From assembly GCA_963693365.1 (NCBI GenBank), contig CAVNZM010000011.1, positions 3,577,098 to 3,641,097 on the forward strand: a stretch of 64,000 nucleotides of DNA. Direction: 5' to 3'. Under the pieces are notes generated by a model. The model searched no databases and was not told the DNA's origin. It was given only the letters and a program-made list of their open reading frames with translations. Within the stretch, counting starts at the first letter, position 1; the number at the start of each line of letters is the position of its first letter. Shown here piece by piece: positions 56,239 through 64,000 of the stretch. The stretch comes from Amoebidium appalachense (taxonomy: Eukaryota; Protista; Ichthyosporea). The translations under genes and the position numbers were made by a program.

Positions 56239-56915
56239 TTGTACCTTTGGGAAAAAACCTACTTATACTGAGAGTATCCAAGAACACGTACTTTATAAAA
56301 ACTTACATGTAACTGCGAAAAGGTGTTCCAGCGGCGGGCAAGTCAGTGCACGGCTCCGGACCGGAGCTCGAGGTTTAGCTCAAGGTGCACGGCTTACGTA
56401 CAGGCTGAAACTACACAGTGAGCACTGGCTAAATGCGAGTAGTGTTATTACCTTACCTGCCATATTGGGCTGAGCCACCTGCCTTTTATGGCAGTCCCTG
56501 TGGGTGCCACGGCTTGGTTTGAATATTTTCGGTTTTGTGGGCCACTGCGAGTCAACTTCAACTTGCCAACTCGGGAGGGCAGCGGCCACTGAACATCAGG
56601 AGAGCACACAAAGTACCGTGTACGGCGTGTCAGGTTTTCTTTTTTGCTGTTGCCCTTGTACCTTCATTTTTGCTGTTATACGTATACAAGCCGTGTGCGT
56701 GTCACAGCGGCTCACATAAAATGCCCTTTGTATTTACAATCAGAAAATACATACACAGCTTATTGAGATTATCTGCCCACATTCGCACACATTATTGCCC
56801 AAAATTCGCACACATTCATACTTGATTGGAAAAACTTTGCTGCATTTGATTGAAAACAAAAATGCTCAACATAAATTTAAAAAAAATCTAGAAGACTTCC
56901 AGTAAATCGTGTCAG

Positions 56916-63607
<6,692 letters not shown>

Positions 63608-63916
63608 CTTGAAATTCAAGTATGTGCCCCCCCTCTGCAATGCACCGCTAATGTTTAGCACACTGCTTATCCACAATTTTGTTATTACGATAACATATAA
63701 TGCGCGTGTGTGCTTGCATGTACGTGCGTGTGCCTATGGGCGTGTTTGTGCGTACCTGACTTTGCAGGTGGGTGTGTTTGTGTGCTGCTGTGTGAGATTA
63801 CTGTTGGTCTGGTGCCGACACACTTTTTCCGGTTCAATTCATCATTACGCTTTTGGAAAGTACAACACCATGTTACTATCCAGACCCAGCAAATCGTTAA
63901 AGATGTAACAACCCCC

Positions 63917-63957
<41 letters not shown>

Positions 63958-64000
63958 TTCCCCCTTCCCCCCCCCCCCCCCCCCTCCCCCTCCCCCTTTC

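Overview
Eukaryotic nuclear DNA from an intron-rich protist. The gene content suggests a unicellular opisthokont/holozoan, but this is inference only. Introns and spacers are saturated with poly-G/poly-C runs and (CA)n/(GA)n microsatellites, so almost all ORFs in the supplied track are artefacts. Splicing exons by hand gives about eight genes, all on the minus strand: a talin-F3/PTB-like protein with a degenerate tandem copy of its last exon, an intronless coiled-coil protein with PP1-type motifs, an ankyrin + GATA zinc-finger protein, a divergent anoctamin/TMEM16-like protein, a bacterial-type GNAT, ataxin-7/Sgf73 (with a U12-type AT-AC intron), an unknown gene, and the 3' part of AFG2/SPATA5. 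The most unusual signal is a dispersed, mostly intronic repeat in the sense orientation, with two full copies and several 5'-truncated ones that end at poly-C tracts. Its full copies show covarying helices and contain all hammerhead-ribozyme core nucleotides, but in a strand order that matches none of types I-III. Several frameshifts sit in homopolymers and are probably assembly errors.
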